From Actinomycetota bacterium (GTDB lineage: Bacteria > Actinomycetota > UBA4738 > CALAEC01): a stretch of 64,000 nucleotides of DNA. The notes beneath the pieces were generated by a model. It worked only from the letters and a program-made list of their open reading frames with translations. It did not search any database and was not told the origin of the DNA. The DNA lies in contig JBOGVU010000004.1 of the NCBI GenBank assembly GCA_050692915.1, forward strand, positions 1,968 to 65,967. Direction: 5' to 3'. This document shows positions 44,334-55,746 of the stretch, piece by piece (the stretch's first letter is position 1; each line of letters starts with the position of its first letter). The position numbers were made by a program, and so were the translations under genes.

Positions 44334-45497
44334 GTGGCGCGGCTCCGGACCATCGAGGACCTCGGCGACCTGGCCGGGCGGCGGGTCTTCATGCGGGTCG
44401 ACTTCAACGTCCCGCTGGAGGGCGGCCGGGTGGCCGACGACACACGGATCGCCGCCGCCCTGCCCACGATCCATGAGCTTCGCGACCGGGGGTCACCCCT
44501 GGTCCTGGCCTCGCACCTGGGGCGCCCCGAGGGGAACGTGGTCGGAGAGCTCCGCATGGATCCCGTGGCCCGGCGCCTGGAGGAGATGGGGGGATTCCCG
44601 GTCGGCAAGATGGATGGTTGGATCGCCCGGCCCGGTGAGGGTGAGGTCGTCCTCCTGGAGAACCTGCGGTTCGACCCCGGCGAGGAGACCAACGACCCCA
44701 GGTTCGCCCGGGAGCTGGCCTCGCTGGCCGACGCGTACGTGGACGATGCGTTCGGCGCCGCACATCGGGCCCACGCCTCGGTGGTCGGGGTGGCCCGGCT
44801 TCTGCACGGTGTCGCGGGGCGCCTCATGCAGAAGGAGGTGGAGGTCCTGTCCCTGCTCGTGGAGGGTCCGGAGGAGCCGTTCGTGGCCATCCTCGGCGGG
44901 GTCAAGGTGTCCGACAAGCTCGGTGTGATCGACGCATTGCTGGATCGGGTGGACGCGCTGCTGGTGGGCGGGGCCATGGCGTTCACGTTCCTGGCCGCCC
45001 AGGGCGCCGAAACGGGCGACTCCCCGATCGAGGAGGATCAGCTGGACACGGTTCGGGCCGCGCTGGCCAAGGCCGAGAAGCGAGGGGTGGTGATCGTACT
45101 CCCCGAGGACATGGTGGCCGCGCCGGAGGCCTCGCCCGAGGCCCGGAAGGAGACGGTGCCCGCCGATCGCATCCCTCGAGGGCTGAAGGGGCTCGACGTG
45201 GGGCCGCGGACCGTCGAGGAGTTCACCCGGGTCCTGGCCGACGCCAGAACGATCTTCTGGAACGGGCCCATGGGCGTGTTCGAGCTGGAGCCGTTCGCGC
45301 TGGGGACGCGCGGCGTGGCTCAGGCCGTGGCGGCGGCGAACGCGTTCACGGTGGTCGGCGGGGGCGACAGCGTGGCGGCGATCCGGAAGCTCGGCTTCGA
45401 GGACTCGGTCGATCACCTGTCCACGGGCGGGGGAGCGTCGCTGGAGTTCCTGGAGGGGAGGACCCTTCCCGGCGTGGCCGTGTTGATGGAGGGCTGA
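44334..45497 (+). CDS. pgk: phosphoglycerate kinase
   Basis: GTG start 2 nt after the gap stop. The listed ORF 43860..45497 is a merged frame. PGK motifs RVDFNVP and GGGASLE. Confidence 0.9.
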   Translation: MARLRTIEDLGDLAGRRVFMRVDFNVPLEGGRVADDTRIAAALPTIHELRDRGSPLVLASHLGRPEGNVVGELRMDPVARRLEEMGGFPVGKMDGWIARPGEGEVVLLENLRFDPGEETNDPRFARELASLADAYVDDAFGAAHRAHASVVGVARLLHGVAGRLMQKEVEVLSLLVEGPEEPFVAILGGVKVSDKLGVIDALLDRVDALLVGGAMAFTFLAAQGAETGDSPIEEDQLDTVRAALAKAEKRGVVIVLPEDMVAAPEASPEARKETVPADRIPRGLKGLDVGPRTVEEFTRVLADARTIFWNGPMGVFELEPFALGTRGVAQAVAAANAFTVVGGGDSVAAIRKLGFEDSVDHLSTGGGASLEFLEGRTLPGVAVLMEG

Positions 45498-46262
<765 letters not shown>

Positions 46263-46264
46263 CC

Positions 46265-47533
46265 ATGGCCCCACCGAAGCTCCTGTACGCGTGCCTGGAT
46301 GGACTTGGGGACGAGCCCGATCCCATCCTGGGCAACCGGACGCCGCTGGAGGCCGCGGCCACGCCGTTCCTGGACGACCTGGCCGCCCGGGGCCGCGTCG
46401 GCCTGGTGCACACCGTGGGCCCCGACATCGCCCCGGAGTCCGACATCGCCGTGTTCGCCATCCTCGGCTACGACCCCGCCGAGCAGCATCCCGGTCGGGG
46501 AGTCCTGGAAGCGCTGGGGTCGGGGATGGAGTTCCGGGACGACGACCTGGCGCACCGGGTGAACTTCGCCACCGGGGAGGACGGCCACATCGTGGACCGT
46601 CGGGTCGGCCGGGACCTGTCCAGCGAGGAGGCCCGGGCCCTGGCCGACGAGGTCAACGGCCGGCTGGAGCTCCCCGCGGCGACGTTCGAGCTGCGCCCCA
46701 CGGTGGAGCACCGGGGCGCCCTGGTGATCCGGTCCACCGAGGGCCCGCTGTCGGCCGAGGTCTCCAACACCGACCCGGCGTACGCGAAGGTGGGGAGCCT
46801 CGGGGTGGCCCTGGAGACGTTCGAGGATGAGGTGGCCTGGGCCGAGCCGCTGGACGCCTCGGAGGAGGCCCGCCGGGCCGCCGACCTCACGAACGCGTTC
46901 GTCAGGGAGTCGGCCCGGATCCTGGATGCATCGGAGACGAACGCCCGGCGCCGGCGGGACGGCCGGCTCCCGGCTAACCTGATCCTGACGCGGGACGCCG
47001 GCGACCACCTCCCTCGGCTGACCCCGATCCGGGAGCGGTTCGGCCCGTCGTGGGGGTGCTTCGTGGAGATGCCGGTGGAGCGGGGGATCGCCATGGCCCT
47101 GGGGATGGGGGAAGTTCCGGCGCCCTCGCCGCCCGACCCGGAGGAGCGGTACGCGGCCTGGGCGGCGGTGGCGGTCGAAGCCTTGGGTGGGTACGACGCC
47201 CTGTACGTCCACATCAAGGGACCCGACATCCCGGCCCACGACGGCCGGGCCGAGGACAAGCGGGACGTCATCGAGGTGATCGACCGAGCCTTCTTCGGCC
47301 AGGTCCTCCCGGCCATCGACCCCGGCGGCGTGATCCTGGCCGTGACCGCCGACCACGCCACATCGTGCCTCCGCAAGGCCCACACCGCCGATCCGGTCCC
47401 CTTACTCGTATGCGGGCCGGGGGTCCAGGCGGACGGGGTCACGGCCTTCGGCGAGCGGTCCGCCGCCGACGGCTCCATCGGCACGATCCGTGGCGTCGAC
47501 ATCCTCCCGCGCCTGGTGTCCCTCCTCCGCTAG
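46265..47533 (+). CDS. apgM: 2,3-bisphosphoglycerate-independent phosphoglycerate mutase, archaeal type (ApgM)
   Basis: ATG 2 nt after the tpiA stop. CLDGLGD N-terminus, TADHATS motif near the C-terminus, alkaline-phosphatase-superfamily metal site. Confidence 0.8.
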   Translation: MAPPKLLYACLDGLGDEPDPILGNRTPLEAAATPFLDDLAARGRVGLVHTVGPDIAPESDIAVFAILGYDPAEQHPGRGVLEALGSGMEFRDDDLAHRVNFATGEDGHIVDRRVGRDLSSEEARALADEVNGRLELPAATFELRPTVEHRGALVIRSTEGPLSAEVSNTDPAYAKVGSLGVALETFEDEVAWAEPLDASEEARRAADLTNAFVRESARILDASETNARRRRDGRLPANLILTRDAGDHLPRLTPIRERFGPSWGCFVEMPVERGIAMALGMGEVPAPSPPDPEERYAAWAAVAVEALGGYDALYVHIKGPDIPAHDGRAEDKRDVIEVIDRAFFGQVLPAIDPGGVILAVTADHATSCLRKAHTADPVPLLVCGPGVQADGVTAFGERSAADGSIGTIRGVDILPRLVSLLR

Positions 47534-47624
47534 CCCCCTAGGCCGGTCAGACCGGATAAGGGCTCGAAACCCCGCTCGGGGGGGGGCAATCCGGCGGAGG
47601 GGGTGGTGGCGTATTACTGCGAGA

Positions 47625-47651
47625 GGACCCAGCGTTGCTTGGGCTGGGTCC
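47625..47651 (+). terminator. 9-bp perfect hairpin GGACCCAGC-(9)-GCTGGGTCC after apgM, overlapping a TTGCTT-17-TAGTAT promoter-like element
   Basis: Perfect inverted repeat. Candidate -35/-10 at 47635-40 and 47658-63. Confidence 0.4.
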
Positions 47652-47694
47652 AGACACTAGTATCTGCTGGTCCTGGACCTGAGGGGGCGCACGA

Positions 47695-48687
47695 GTGGCG
47701 CAGGTCGCCAGCGAGCCGGTCGCGGCCGAACCGATCGGCCCGGAGTTCGGCGGAGAGCCGAGCAAGCAGGTCGTCGGCCGGAGCCCGGGCCAGCTCTTCT
47801 GGCGCCGGTTCCGGCGAGACAAGTTTGCCGTGGCCGGGGTCGTGTTCATCGCGTTGATGATCGTGCTCGCCACCGTGGGGGCCCCCCTCCTGTCCGGCGT
47901 GGTGGGCCACGAGCAGAACGAGGTGTTCGTGTCCGAGGCCCTGAGCGAGATCGGGCTCCCGATCGGCCCGACCGGCGAGTTCTGGTTCGGGGCCGACACG
48001 GCCGGGCGGGACCTGTTCGTTCGGGTGCTCTACGGGGCCAGAACCTCGCTGACGGTGGCCGTGGTGGCCACCGGCATCGCGCTGGTCATCGGCGTGACCC
48101 TGGGCCTGATCGCCGGCTTCTACCGGGGCAAGGTCGATACCTTCGTCTCCCGGCTGATCGACATCGTCCTGTCCCTGCCGATCCTCCTGCTGGCCCTGGG
48201 CCTGGTGGCGGCGTGCAGCCTCAGCCGGACCGGCTGCCTCGGGGGGCTGATCCGGCCGGGCGTGCTCCTGGTCAGCTACGTGATCGGGCTGTTCTCCTGG
48301 CCGTACATCGCCCGGATCGTCCGCGGCCAGGTCCTGTCCCTGCGGGAGAAGGAGTTCATCGAGGCCGCCCGGGCGCAGGGCGCCGGAGACGCCCGGATCA
48401 TCTTCCGGGAGATCCTGCCGAACGTGACCGCCCCGATCATCGTGTACACGACCCTGATCATCCCGGCGAACATCCTGTTCGAGGCGGCCCTGTCGTTCCT
48501 GGGCATCGGGGTGAAGCCGGGGACCGCGTCATGGGGGAAGATGCTCGCCGACGCAGGAACCGGGATCTTCACCGTGGCCTGGTGGATGATGCTGTTCCCC
48601 GGCCTGTTCCTGTTCCTGACCACCCTGGCCTTCAACCTGGTCGGCGACGGTCTGCGGGACGCGCTCGACCCACGCACGGCTCGGTGA
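47695..48687 (+). CDS. dppC: peptide ABC transporter permease DppC/OppC family
   Basis: GTG start. C-type permease N-terminus (WRRFRRDKFA) and EAA-loop region. Confidence 0.85.
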   Translation: MAQVASEPVAAEPIGPEFGGEPSKQVVGRSPGQLFWRRFRRDKFAVAGVVFIALMIVLATVGAPLLSGVVGHEQNEVFVSEALSEIGLPIGPTGEFWFGADTAGRDLFVRVLYGARTSLTVAVVATGIALVIGVTLGLIAGFYRGKVDTFVSRLIDIVLSLPILLLALGLVAACSLSRTGCLGGLIRPGVLLVSYVIGLFSWPYIARIVRGQVLSLREKEFIEAARAQGAGDARIIFREILPNVTAPIIVYTTLIIPANILFEAALSFLGIGVKPGTASWGKMLADAGTGIFTVAWWMMLFPGLFLFLTTLAFNLVGDGLRDALDPRTAR

Positions 48688-48761
48688 AGCGATGACCGGC
48701 GAGAGAGAGGAGACGGCCTGGAGCACTCGGTGGTACTCGGGTACGTGAGAGAGGGGATGAC

Positions 48762-50591
48762 GTGAAGCGATATACGAGACTGATCGCCCTCGCCGGGGTG
48801 CTGGCCCTCGCGGCCGCCGCCTGCGGCGAGGAGGCGGCGCCGCCCGCAGCCGAGGGCGAAGAGGCCCAGCGGGGCGGAACGCTCCTGGCCGGCCTGGAGT
48901 CGGACGTCGATGACGCTTTCGACCCCCAGAAGGAGTACTACTCGGTCACGTGGGGCTTCTACCACTGTTGCCTCCTGCGGACGCTGATCACGACGCCGCT
49001 CACTACGGCCGAGAACGGAGGGGATGAGCCACAGCCGGACCTGGCCACGGATCTGCCGGAGGTCTCGGAGGACGGGCTCACCTACACCTTCACTATCCGG
49101 GACGGGGTGACCTTCGCCCCCCCGTATCAGGACACGGAGATCACGGCCCAGTCCTTCATCAACGCCATGGAGCGGGAGGCCACCCCGGCGGTCGGCGCCG
49201 GGTACCCGTTCTACTACTCGGTGATCGAGGGGTTCGACGAGTTCTCCGAAGGTGAGGCCGACACCATCTCCGGGATGACCGCGGTCGACGACAAGACCCT
49301 GGAGATCACCCTGAGCCGGCCGGCCGGGGACTTCCCGCTCCGGATGATGATGGCGGCGACAGCGCCGATCCCCGATGGGGCCGCCGACGGGCACGACAAG
49401 GACTACGGGCGGTTCCTGATCTCCTCGGGCCCGTACATGTTCGAGGGGGCGGACGAGGCCACGGCGCCGCCGGCCGAGCCCTTCCCCGGCTACGAGCCCG
49501 GGCGGTCGATCGTCCTGGTTCGGAACCCGTCATGGAGCGCCGACACGGACCCCCTCCGGGAGGCGTACCTCGACCGGATGGAGATCCAGATCGGGCTGAC
49601 GACCGACGACGGCGCCCTTCGGGTCGACAGCGGCGAGATGCATCTCATGCTCGACGCGATTCCGCCGGCCCAGCAGATCCAGGCGTACCAGGGGGATCCG
49701 GAGCGCCAGGACCAGCTGTTCTCCTTCACCGGCGACGGCACGTACTACGTGTCGATGAACGTGGCCGAGCCTCCATTCGACGACGTCAACGTCCGTCGGG
49801 CCGTGAACTTCGCCCTCGACCGGGCCGGCCTGCTCCAGATCCGGGGCGGACCGCTGTTCGGTGAGGTGGCGAACCACGCCATCACGGATCCGTTGACGAA
49901 CTTCCTGAACGCGGACTACGATCCGTATCCATCGCCGGACGGTTCCGGCGATATCGCCGCGGCGCAGGAGGAGATGGCCCAGTCCGCGTACGACTCGGAT
50001 GGGGATGGCGTCTGTGACGACCCGGTGTGCGAGAACGTCGTCTCGGTCACCGACGAGGCCGACCCATACCCCGACCAGTCGGCGCTGATCAGCCAGAACC
50101 TCGAGCCGCTGGGGCTCACCTTGGACGTCACGACGCAGGAGCGCACCACGATGTACGACAGCTGCAACGACCCCGGTGCGCACGTGGCGCTGTGCCTGGG
50201 CCCCGGGTGGTCCAAGGACTACTCGGACGCCACCACGTTCGGCGAGGCGCTGTTCGGATCGGCGGCCGTCGGTCCGGACTCGTGCTGCAACTACGCCCTG
50301 GTGGGGGCCCCTTCGGACGTCCTGGAGGAGCACGGCTACGAGGTCACCGAGGTCCCCAGCGTCGACGCCGATTTCCTGGCGTGCGACGAGATGGAGCTCG
50401 GGGACGAACGGCTCCAGTGCTGGGCCGACTTCGACCGGAAGATCACCGAAGAGGTCGTGCCGTGGGTTCCGATCAGCTTCTTCCGCGACGCGTTCATCGT
50501 GAGTGACGCGGTCCGGAACTTCGACTACGACCAGTTCTCGGGTCAGCCCGATCTCGCTGGCTTGTCGCTCGCGGGCGGAGGCTCCGCCTAG
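48762..50591 (+). CDS. peptide/oligopeptide ABC substrate-binding lipoprotein (SBP family 5)
   Basis: Lipobox LAAAAC. SBP_bac_5-like sequence. Confidence 0.8.
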   Translation: MKRYTRLIALAGVLALAAAACGEEAAPPAAEGEEAQRGGTLLAGLESDVDDAFDPQKEYYSVTWGFYHCCLLRTLITTPLTTAENGGDEPQPDLATDLPEVSEDGLTYTFTIRDGVTFAPPYQDTEITAQSFINAMEREATPAVGAGYPFYYSVIEGFDEFSEGEADTISGMTAVDDKTLEITLSRPAGDFPLRMMMAATAPIPDGAADGHDKDYGRFLISSGPYMFEGADEATAPPAEPFPGYEPGRSIVLVRNPSWSADTDPLREAYLDRMEIQIGLTTDDGALRVDSGEMHLMLDAIPPAQQIQAYQGDPERQDQLFSFTGDGTYYVSMNVAEPPFDDVNVRRAVNFALDRAGLLQIRGGPLFGEVANHAITDPLTNFLNADYDPYPSPDGSGDIAAAQEEMAQSAYDSDGDGVCDDPVCENVVSVTDEADPYPDQSALISQNLEPLGLTLDVTTQERTTMYDSCNDPGAHVALCLGPGWSKDYSDATTFGEALFGSAAVGPDSCCNYALVGAPSDVLEEHGYEVTEVPSVDADFLACDEMELGDERLQCWADFDRKITEEVVPWVPISFFRDAFIVSDAVRNFDYDQFSGQPDLAGLSLAGGGSA

Positions 50592-50601
50592 GAACGACGG
50601 G

Positions 50602-50644
50602 CGAGGGGATGAGTGGGGGTCCGTCGGGGCCCCCACTCCCCTCG
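50602..50644 (+). terminator. bulged GC hairpin (intra-operon attenuator candidate) between the SBP gene and dppB
   Basis: CGAGGGGATGAGTGGGGG … CCCCCACTCCCCTCG. Confidence 0.35.
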
Positions 50645-50665
50645 TGGGGGATAATCGGGGGCGAC

Positions 50666-51637
50666 ATGGGACGGTACCTGATCCGGCGGACGCTGTTCCT
50701 GGCCTTGGTGCTGGTGACCGTGTCCTTCCTGACGTTCCTGATCTTCTACAAGCTTCCGCCGGGCGACCCGGCGCGGAGGGCCGCGGGCCGGCGGACCAGC
50801 CCGGACATCATCCAGCAGGCCCGAGAGAACCTCGGGCTGGACAGGCCCTGGTACGTGCAGTACGGCCGGTTCGCCAAGGGCCTGGTCCCGTGGCCGGGGT
50901 TCTTCCTGAACGAGCAGGTGTACTTCTCCTACAACAACTTCGTCCCGGTCAAAGAGCAGCTCTACCAACGGCTCCCCGTCACCGCCGTGATGGCGGTCGG
51001 CGCCTCGGTGGTGTGGGTCCTCATCGGGCTCCCGATCGGGATCATGTCGGCGATCAAACCGAGGTCGACCCGGGACCGGGCCGGGATGCTCTTTGCGCTC
51101 TTCGGCGTGTCCGCCCCGGTGTTCTGGCTCGGCTACGTGATGCTGTACGTGTTCTGGTTCAAGCTGAGCTGGTTCCCGGGGAGCACCCTGCCCATCGACG
51201 AGACGCTCTGGGAGTCCGTGCTCCGGGGCCGCTTCGTCCTGCCCTGGATCACGCTCTCGTTGACCTTCGCCGCCTTCTACGCTCGGATGACCCGCTCCAA
51301 CCTGATCGAGACCATGAGCGAGGACTACATCCGGACGGCTCGCGCCAAGGGACTGTCGGAGCGTCGGGTGATCTTCAAGCACGGCCTCCGCGCGGCGCTG
51401 ACTCCCGTGGTGACGATGTTCGGGCTCGACCTGGGGATCCTGCTCGGTGGGGCCGTCATCACCGAGCAGGTGTTCAACCTCCCCGGCATTGGCCACTACG
51501 TCATCGACGCGCTGACCACGAACGACTTCCCCGCGGTGATGGGGGTCACCGTGTTCGCGGCGCTCTTCATCATCGTGGCGAACCTCCTGGTCGACGTGGC
51601 CTACGCATTCCTCGACCCGCGGGTGAGGTACGGGTAG
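50666..51637 (+). CDS. dppB: peptide ABC transporter permease DppB/OppB family
   Basis: ATG 50666 gives MGRYLIRRTLFLALV, a B-type permease N-terminus. Confidence 0.85.
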   Translation: MGRYLIRRTLFLALVLVTVSFLTFLIFYKLPPGDPARRAAGRRTSPDIIQQARENLGLDRPWYVQYGRFAKGLVPWPGFFLNEQVYFSYNNFVPVKEQLYQRLPVTAVMAVGASVVWVLIGLPIGIMSAIKPRSTRDRAGMLFALFGVSAPVFWLGYVMLYVFWFKLSWFPGSTLPIDETLWESVLRGRFVLPWITLSLTFAAFYARMTRSNLIETMSEDYIRTARAKGLSERRVIFKHGLRAALTPVVTMFGLDLGILLGGAVITEQVFNLPGIGHYVIDALTTNDFPAVMGVTVFAALFIIVANLLVDVAYAFLDPRVRYG

Positions 51638-52650
51638 TGGGGGAGCCGCTCCTGGAAGTGCGGGATCTGACCGTCCATTTCCCGACCGACGACGGCCTGG
51701 TGAAGGCCGTTGACGGCGTGTCGTTCTCGGTCGACCGGGGGGAGACCCTCGGCGTGGTGGGGGAGTCGGGCTCCGGCAAGACCGTGACGTTCCTTACGGT
51801 GATGGGGCTGATCAGCCGGAAGTCGGCCCACGTGAGCGGCGAGGTCATCTTTCAGGGCCAGAACCTGCTCGAGCTGCCGGACGAGGACATGCAGGACATC
51901 CGGGGGTCCCGGATCAGCATGATCTTCCAGGATCCCATGACCTCGCTCCACCCCTACTACCGGGTGGGGGAGCAGATCGTGGAGGCCATCCGCACCCACC
52001 AGGACATCTCGAAGCGCGATGCCCGGAAGCAGGCCGTGGAGATGCTCCGCCGGGTAGGCATCCCTCGCCCCGACGAGAGGGTCCGCCAGTACCCGCATGA
52101 GTTCTCGGGCGGGATGCGCCAGCGGGCCATGATCGCAATGGCTCTGTCCCTGAACCCCGATCTCCTCATCGCGGACGAGCCGACCACGGCGCTCGATGTG
52201 ACCGTCCAAGCACAGATCCTCGACCTGATCGGCCGGCTGAAGGACGAGTTCGATGCATCGGTCGTGATCATCACGCACGACCTCGGCGTGGTGGCCGAGC
52301 ACGCCGACCACGTCCAGGTGATGTACGCGGGGAGGATCGCCGAGTCCGGGCGACGTAACGACATCTACTACGGCGCGCGCCACCCGTACACGTGGGGCCT
52401 CCTGCAGTCGATCACCAGACTCGATCAGCCCAGGCAGGAGCGGCTCCGCCCGATCCGGGGCCTCCCGCCGTCGTTGATCTTCGTGCCGTCCGGGTGCCCG
52501 TTCCACCCGCGGTGTCCTTACGTCATGGACGTGTGCAAGACCGAGGTGCCACCGCTCCTCAGTGAGGACGGAAAGCATGCCTCGGCCTGTCACCTTCCGC
52601 TGGCCGAGAAGGAGCGGATCTTCAACGAGGACGTGGCGGTGAAGACGTGA
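51637..52650 (+). CDS. dppD: peptide ABC transporter ATP-binding protein DppD/OppD
   Basis: GTG overlaps the dppB TAG (TAGTG). Walker A GESGSGKT, signature FSGGMRQR, C-terminal oligopeptide-transporter domain. Confidence 0.9.
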   Translation: MGEPLLEVRDLTVHFPTDDGLVKAVDGVSFSVDRGETLGVVGESGSGKTVTFLTVMGLISRKSAHVSGEVIFQGQNLLELPDEDMQDIRGSRISMIFQDPMTSLHPYYRVGEQIVEAIRTHQDISKRDARKQAVEMLRRVGIPRPDERVRQYPHEFSGGMRQRAMIAMALSLNPDLLIADEPTTALDVTVQAQILDLIGRLKDEFDASVVIITHDLGVVAEHADHVQVMYAGRIAESGRRNDIYYGARHPYTWGLLQSITRLDQPRQERLRPIRGLPPSLIFVPSGCPFHPRCPYVMDVCKTEVPPLLSEDGKHASACHLPLAEKERIFNEDVAVKT

Positions 52651-53900
52651 GCGTCACTGCACGCCGGCCCGGCCCCGGCTCCGACGGAGAGCCACTGGTC
52701 CGGTTGCGCGGGGTGAAGAAGTACTTCCCGATCACCCGGGGCATCATCCTCCAGCGCAAGGTCGGTCAGGTCCATGCCGTCGACGGGATCGACCTCGAGA
52801 TCCCCGCGGGCGAGACCTTCGGGCTCGTGGGGGAGACGGGCTGTGGGAAATCCACCACGGCCCGCCTGGTCACGCGTCTGCTCGACGCGACCGAGGGGTC
52901 GATCGAGTACGACGGCAAGGACATCACACGCCTGAGCCGCCGGAGGATGCGGCCCCTCCGACGGGAGATCGCCATGATCTTCCAGGACCCGTACGCCTCG
53001 CTGAACCCGCGGAAGACGGTGGGCTCGATCATCGGGGAGCCGTTCCAGATCCACGGCCTGGCCGGACGGACCGGGATGGGCAGCCCCTGGGCCTCCCCGG
53101 CCGCCCGGCTGGTGGGGCCCCTGATCGCGCTGGCGGCCCTCGTGATCGCGGTGGTGGCGGGGTTCTCCGCATCGATCGAGGTCCCCCTGGCGCTCCCGTT
53201 CGGGCTGCTGGGCCTGGCGATCCTGGTGGAGGTGCTTCGCCGGCTCCTGGCCCTCCCGGCCCGGCGGAGGTGGAACCGGGAGGTCCGGACGGAGGTCCAG
53301 CGGCTGATGGAGCTCGTCGGCCTCAACCCCGAGCACTACAACCGGTTCCCCCACGAGTTCTCGGGCGGCCAGCGCCAGCGGATCGGGGTGGCCCGGGCCC
53401 TGGCGCTCCGGCCTCGCCTCATCGTCTGCGACGAGCCGGTGTCCGCGCTCGACGTCTCGATCCAGGCCCAGATCCTGAACCTGCTGGAGGATCTGCAGGA
53501 GGAGTTCCACCTGACCTACCTGTTCATCGCCCACGACCTGTCGGTGGTGAAGCACATGAGCGACCAGGTGGCGGTGATGTATCTGGGTCGGATCGTGGAG
53601 ATCGCGCCGGGGGAGACGCTCTATGTGAACCCCAAGCACCCCTACACCGGCGCCCTGTTGTCCGCGGTCCCCATCCCCGATCCCGAGCTCGCCGCCCAGC
53701 GGCACCGCATCATCCTGGAGGGCGATGTGCCCTCGCCGATCGACCCCCCCTCCGGTTGTCGGTTCCATCCCAGGTGCCCGAGGGCGCAATTCCCGGTGTG
53801 CAAGGAGGACGACCCGAGGCTCACGCCGCACCACCGGGGCCAGCTCGCCGCGTGCCACTTCCCTCTAGAGGACCGGGCCGTGATAGAGTCCACGGCCTGA
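52647..53900 (+). CDS. dppF: peptide ABC transporter ATP-binding protein DppF/OppF with ~70-aa hydrophobic in-frame insertion
   Basis: Walker [10 protein letters not shown], signature FSGGQRQRI. Extra segment …[72 protein letters not shown]… (nt ~53061-53276) sits between the Q-loop and the signature. Confidence 0.85.
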   Translation: MSVTARRPGPGSDGEPLVRLRGVKKYFPITRGIILQRKVGQVHAVDGIDLEIPAGETFGLVGETGCGKSTTARLVTRLLDATEGSIEYDGKDITRLSRRRMRPLRREIAMIFQDPYASLNPRKTVGSIIGEPFQIHGLAGRTGMGSPWASPAARLVGPLIALAALVIAVVAGFSASIEVPLALPFGLLGLAILVEVLRRLLALPARRRWNREVRTEVQRLMELVGLNPEHYNRFPHEFSGGQRQRIGVARALALRPRLIVCDEPVSALDVSIQAQILNLLEDLQEEFHLTYLFIAHDLSVVKHMSDQVAVMYLGRIVEIAPGETLYVNPKHPYTGALLSAVPIPDPELAAQRHRIILEGDVPSPIDPPSGCRFHPRCPRAQFPVCKEDDPRLTPHHRGQLAACHFPLEDRAVIESTA

Positions 53901-53926
53901 AGGCCCAAGTTCGGAAGGGATCCACC

Positions 53927-54151
53927 ATGCTGATCGCCACCGTCATCGTGCTCCAGGTGATCTCCGCCATCCTGATGGTGCTGTTCATCCTGCTCCACGC
54001 GGGACGAGGCGGGGGCCTGTCCGACATGTTCGGCGGAGGGTCCGGTCTGGCCGGCGGCACCGCGGTCGAGCGGAACCTCGACCGGGTCACCGTGGCCACG
54101 GCCGTCGTCTTCGCGGTGACCACGTTCTACCTCGCCTGGAAGTGGGTGTAG
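53927..54151 (+). CDS. secG: preprotein translocase subunit SecG
   Basis: 74 aa, two TM segments, glycine-rich loop HAGRGGGLSDMFGGGSG. Confidence 0.8.
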   Translation: MLIATVIVLQVISAILMVLFILLHAGRGGGLSDMFGGGSGLAGGTAVERNLDRVTVATAVVFAVTTFYLAWKWV

Positions 54152-55746
54152 GGGCCCAGGGGCCCCGATCCCTGCTCGTCCTCCTGGTCGCCGTGGCGCT
54201 CCTGGCGGCCGGCTGCACAACCCCTCCCGGGCCTGAGGAGGGCCCGGTGGCGGGTCCCTCGGTGGGAGCCACGCCTCGGACCTCGCTCCGCCTGGCCACC
54301 TCCCTCCCCACGAGCCTGGACCCGCGCGAGCTGAACTCGGCCGACGGGCTCCAGCTGGCCGCCCAGCTGTTCGATGGGCTGGTGGGCTACGACCCCACCA
54401 CGCACGAAGCGATCCCGGGGGCGGCGGAGCGGTGGGACGTCGAGGAAGGAGGGAGCCGGTTCGTCTTCCACCTCCGTCAAGGGATGACCTTCCACGACGG
54501 CAGCCCGGTACGGGCCCAGGACTTCGTGTTCGCCTGGAACCGGCTGGCCGACCCTCTGGCGGCCGCGCCGTACGCGTTCCTGCTCGAGTCGGTCGAAGGG
54601 TTCGATCGATACCAGCAGCAGATCCGGGTGACCAGGCTATCGGGGGCGGTGGCCCGGGACGACCGCACCCTGGAGGTGACGCTCGTCCGCCCCTGGCGCG
54701 ATTTCGTCTCGCTCCTGGGCCATCCGGCGCTGTCTCCCGTCCCGCCGGGCGCCGGCGGGGGGTCCTTCGCGTCCCAGCCGGTCGGGAACGGGCCCTACCG
54801 TCTGGCCGCCCCCATCTCGCCGGGAACCCCGCTGCTCCTGCTGCGCTTCGACGGCTATTTCGGGACCCTCCCTCTCGTCCCGACCCTCGAGTATCGAACC
54901 TTCGACGTGGCCTCGGATGCCTGGCCGGAGTTCCTTGCCGCCGAGCTGGACGTGGCCCCCATACCGCCGGCGCTCCTGGCCGAGGCCGAGAGCAGCTACG
55001 GGGACCACGGCATCACCGAGCTGGCCCAGCTCCTGTACTGCGGCTTCGACCAGGAGGACCCTCGCTTCGCCGATCCGGCCCTGCGGCGGGCGGTCTCCCT
55101 GGCCATGGGCCGGGACGTCGTGGCGGCCGACGTGTACGGCGGCGCCGCCATCCCGGCCACTGGGATCATCCCCCCCTCGCTGCCCGGCTACCGACCGGAC
55201 ACCTGCGGGGGCCGGTGCCTGCGCGACCTGGAGGCCGCCCGAGCCCAGGCCGCCGAGGTGCCTCGAGCCAGCCGAACCTTCTCCCTCGACTACCCCGCGT
55301 CGCCCCTGGCCGACCAGCTCGCCCGGACCCTAGTGGCGCAGCTCGGGGAGGCCGGGCTCATGGTGACGCCCCGGGCCCGAAACCCGATCCGGTTCCAGGA
55401 CGTGCTGGAGGACGGGGGACAGGACCTGTTCTGCCTGGTGTGGACGGCGGACTATCCCCGGCCCCAGGCCCTCCTGGAGCCCCTGGTCGAATCGGGGTCG
55501 GCCGACAATCACTCAAACGTCTCCGACCGGGACCTCGATGTCCTGCTGGAGCGAGGGCGGGCCGAGGCGAACGCCGAGATCCGGACCGAGGTCTACGCCG
55601 AGGCCGAGCGCCTGGTCCTGGAGCGGATGCACGTGATCCCCGTGGTCTGGTTCCGCTCCCACCTGGCGGTCCGCCCCGGCGTGGAGGGGTTCGTGGTCGA
55701 CCCGCTGGGCCGGTACGATGCCGCCACGCTCCGGCTCGGCGCGTAG
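54142..55746 (+). CDS. orphan SBP family 5 lipoprotein
   Basis: Lipobox LLAAGC. SBP_bac_5-like sequence. Confidence 0.7.
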   Translation: MGVGAQGPRSLLVLLVAVALLAAGCTTPPGPEEGPVAGPSVGATPRTSLRLATSLPTSLDPRELNSADGLQLAAQLFDGLVGYDPTTHEAIPGAAERWDVEEGGSRFVFHLRQGMTFHDGSPVRAQDFVFAWNRLADPLAAAPYAFLLESVEGFDRYQQQIRVTRLSGAVARDDRTLEVTLVRPWRDFVSLLGHPALSPVPPGAGGGSFASQPVGNGPYRLAAPISPGTPLLLLRFDGYFGTLPLVPTLEYRTFDVASDAWPEFLAAELDVAPIPPALLAEAESSYGDHGITELAQLLYCGFDQEDPRFADPALRRAVSLAMGRDVVAADVYGGAAIPATGIIPPSLPGYRPDTCGGRCLRDLEAARAQAAEVPRASRTFSLDYPASPLADQLARTLVAQLGEAGLMVTPRARNPIRFQDVLEDGGQDLFCLVWTADYPRPQALLEPLVESGSADNHSNVSDRDLDVLLERGRAEANAEIRTEVYAEAERLVLERMHVIPVVWFRSHLAVRPGVEGFVVDPLGRYDAATLRLGA

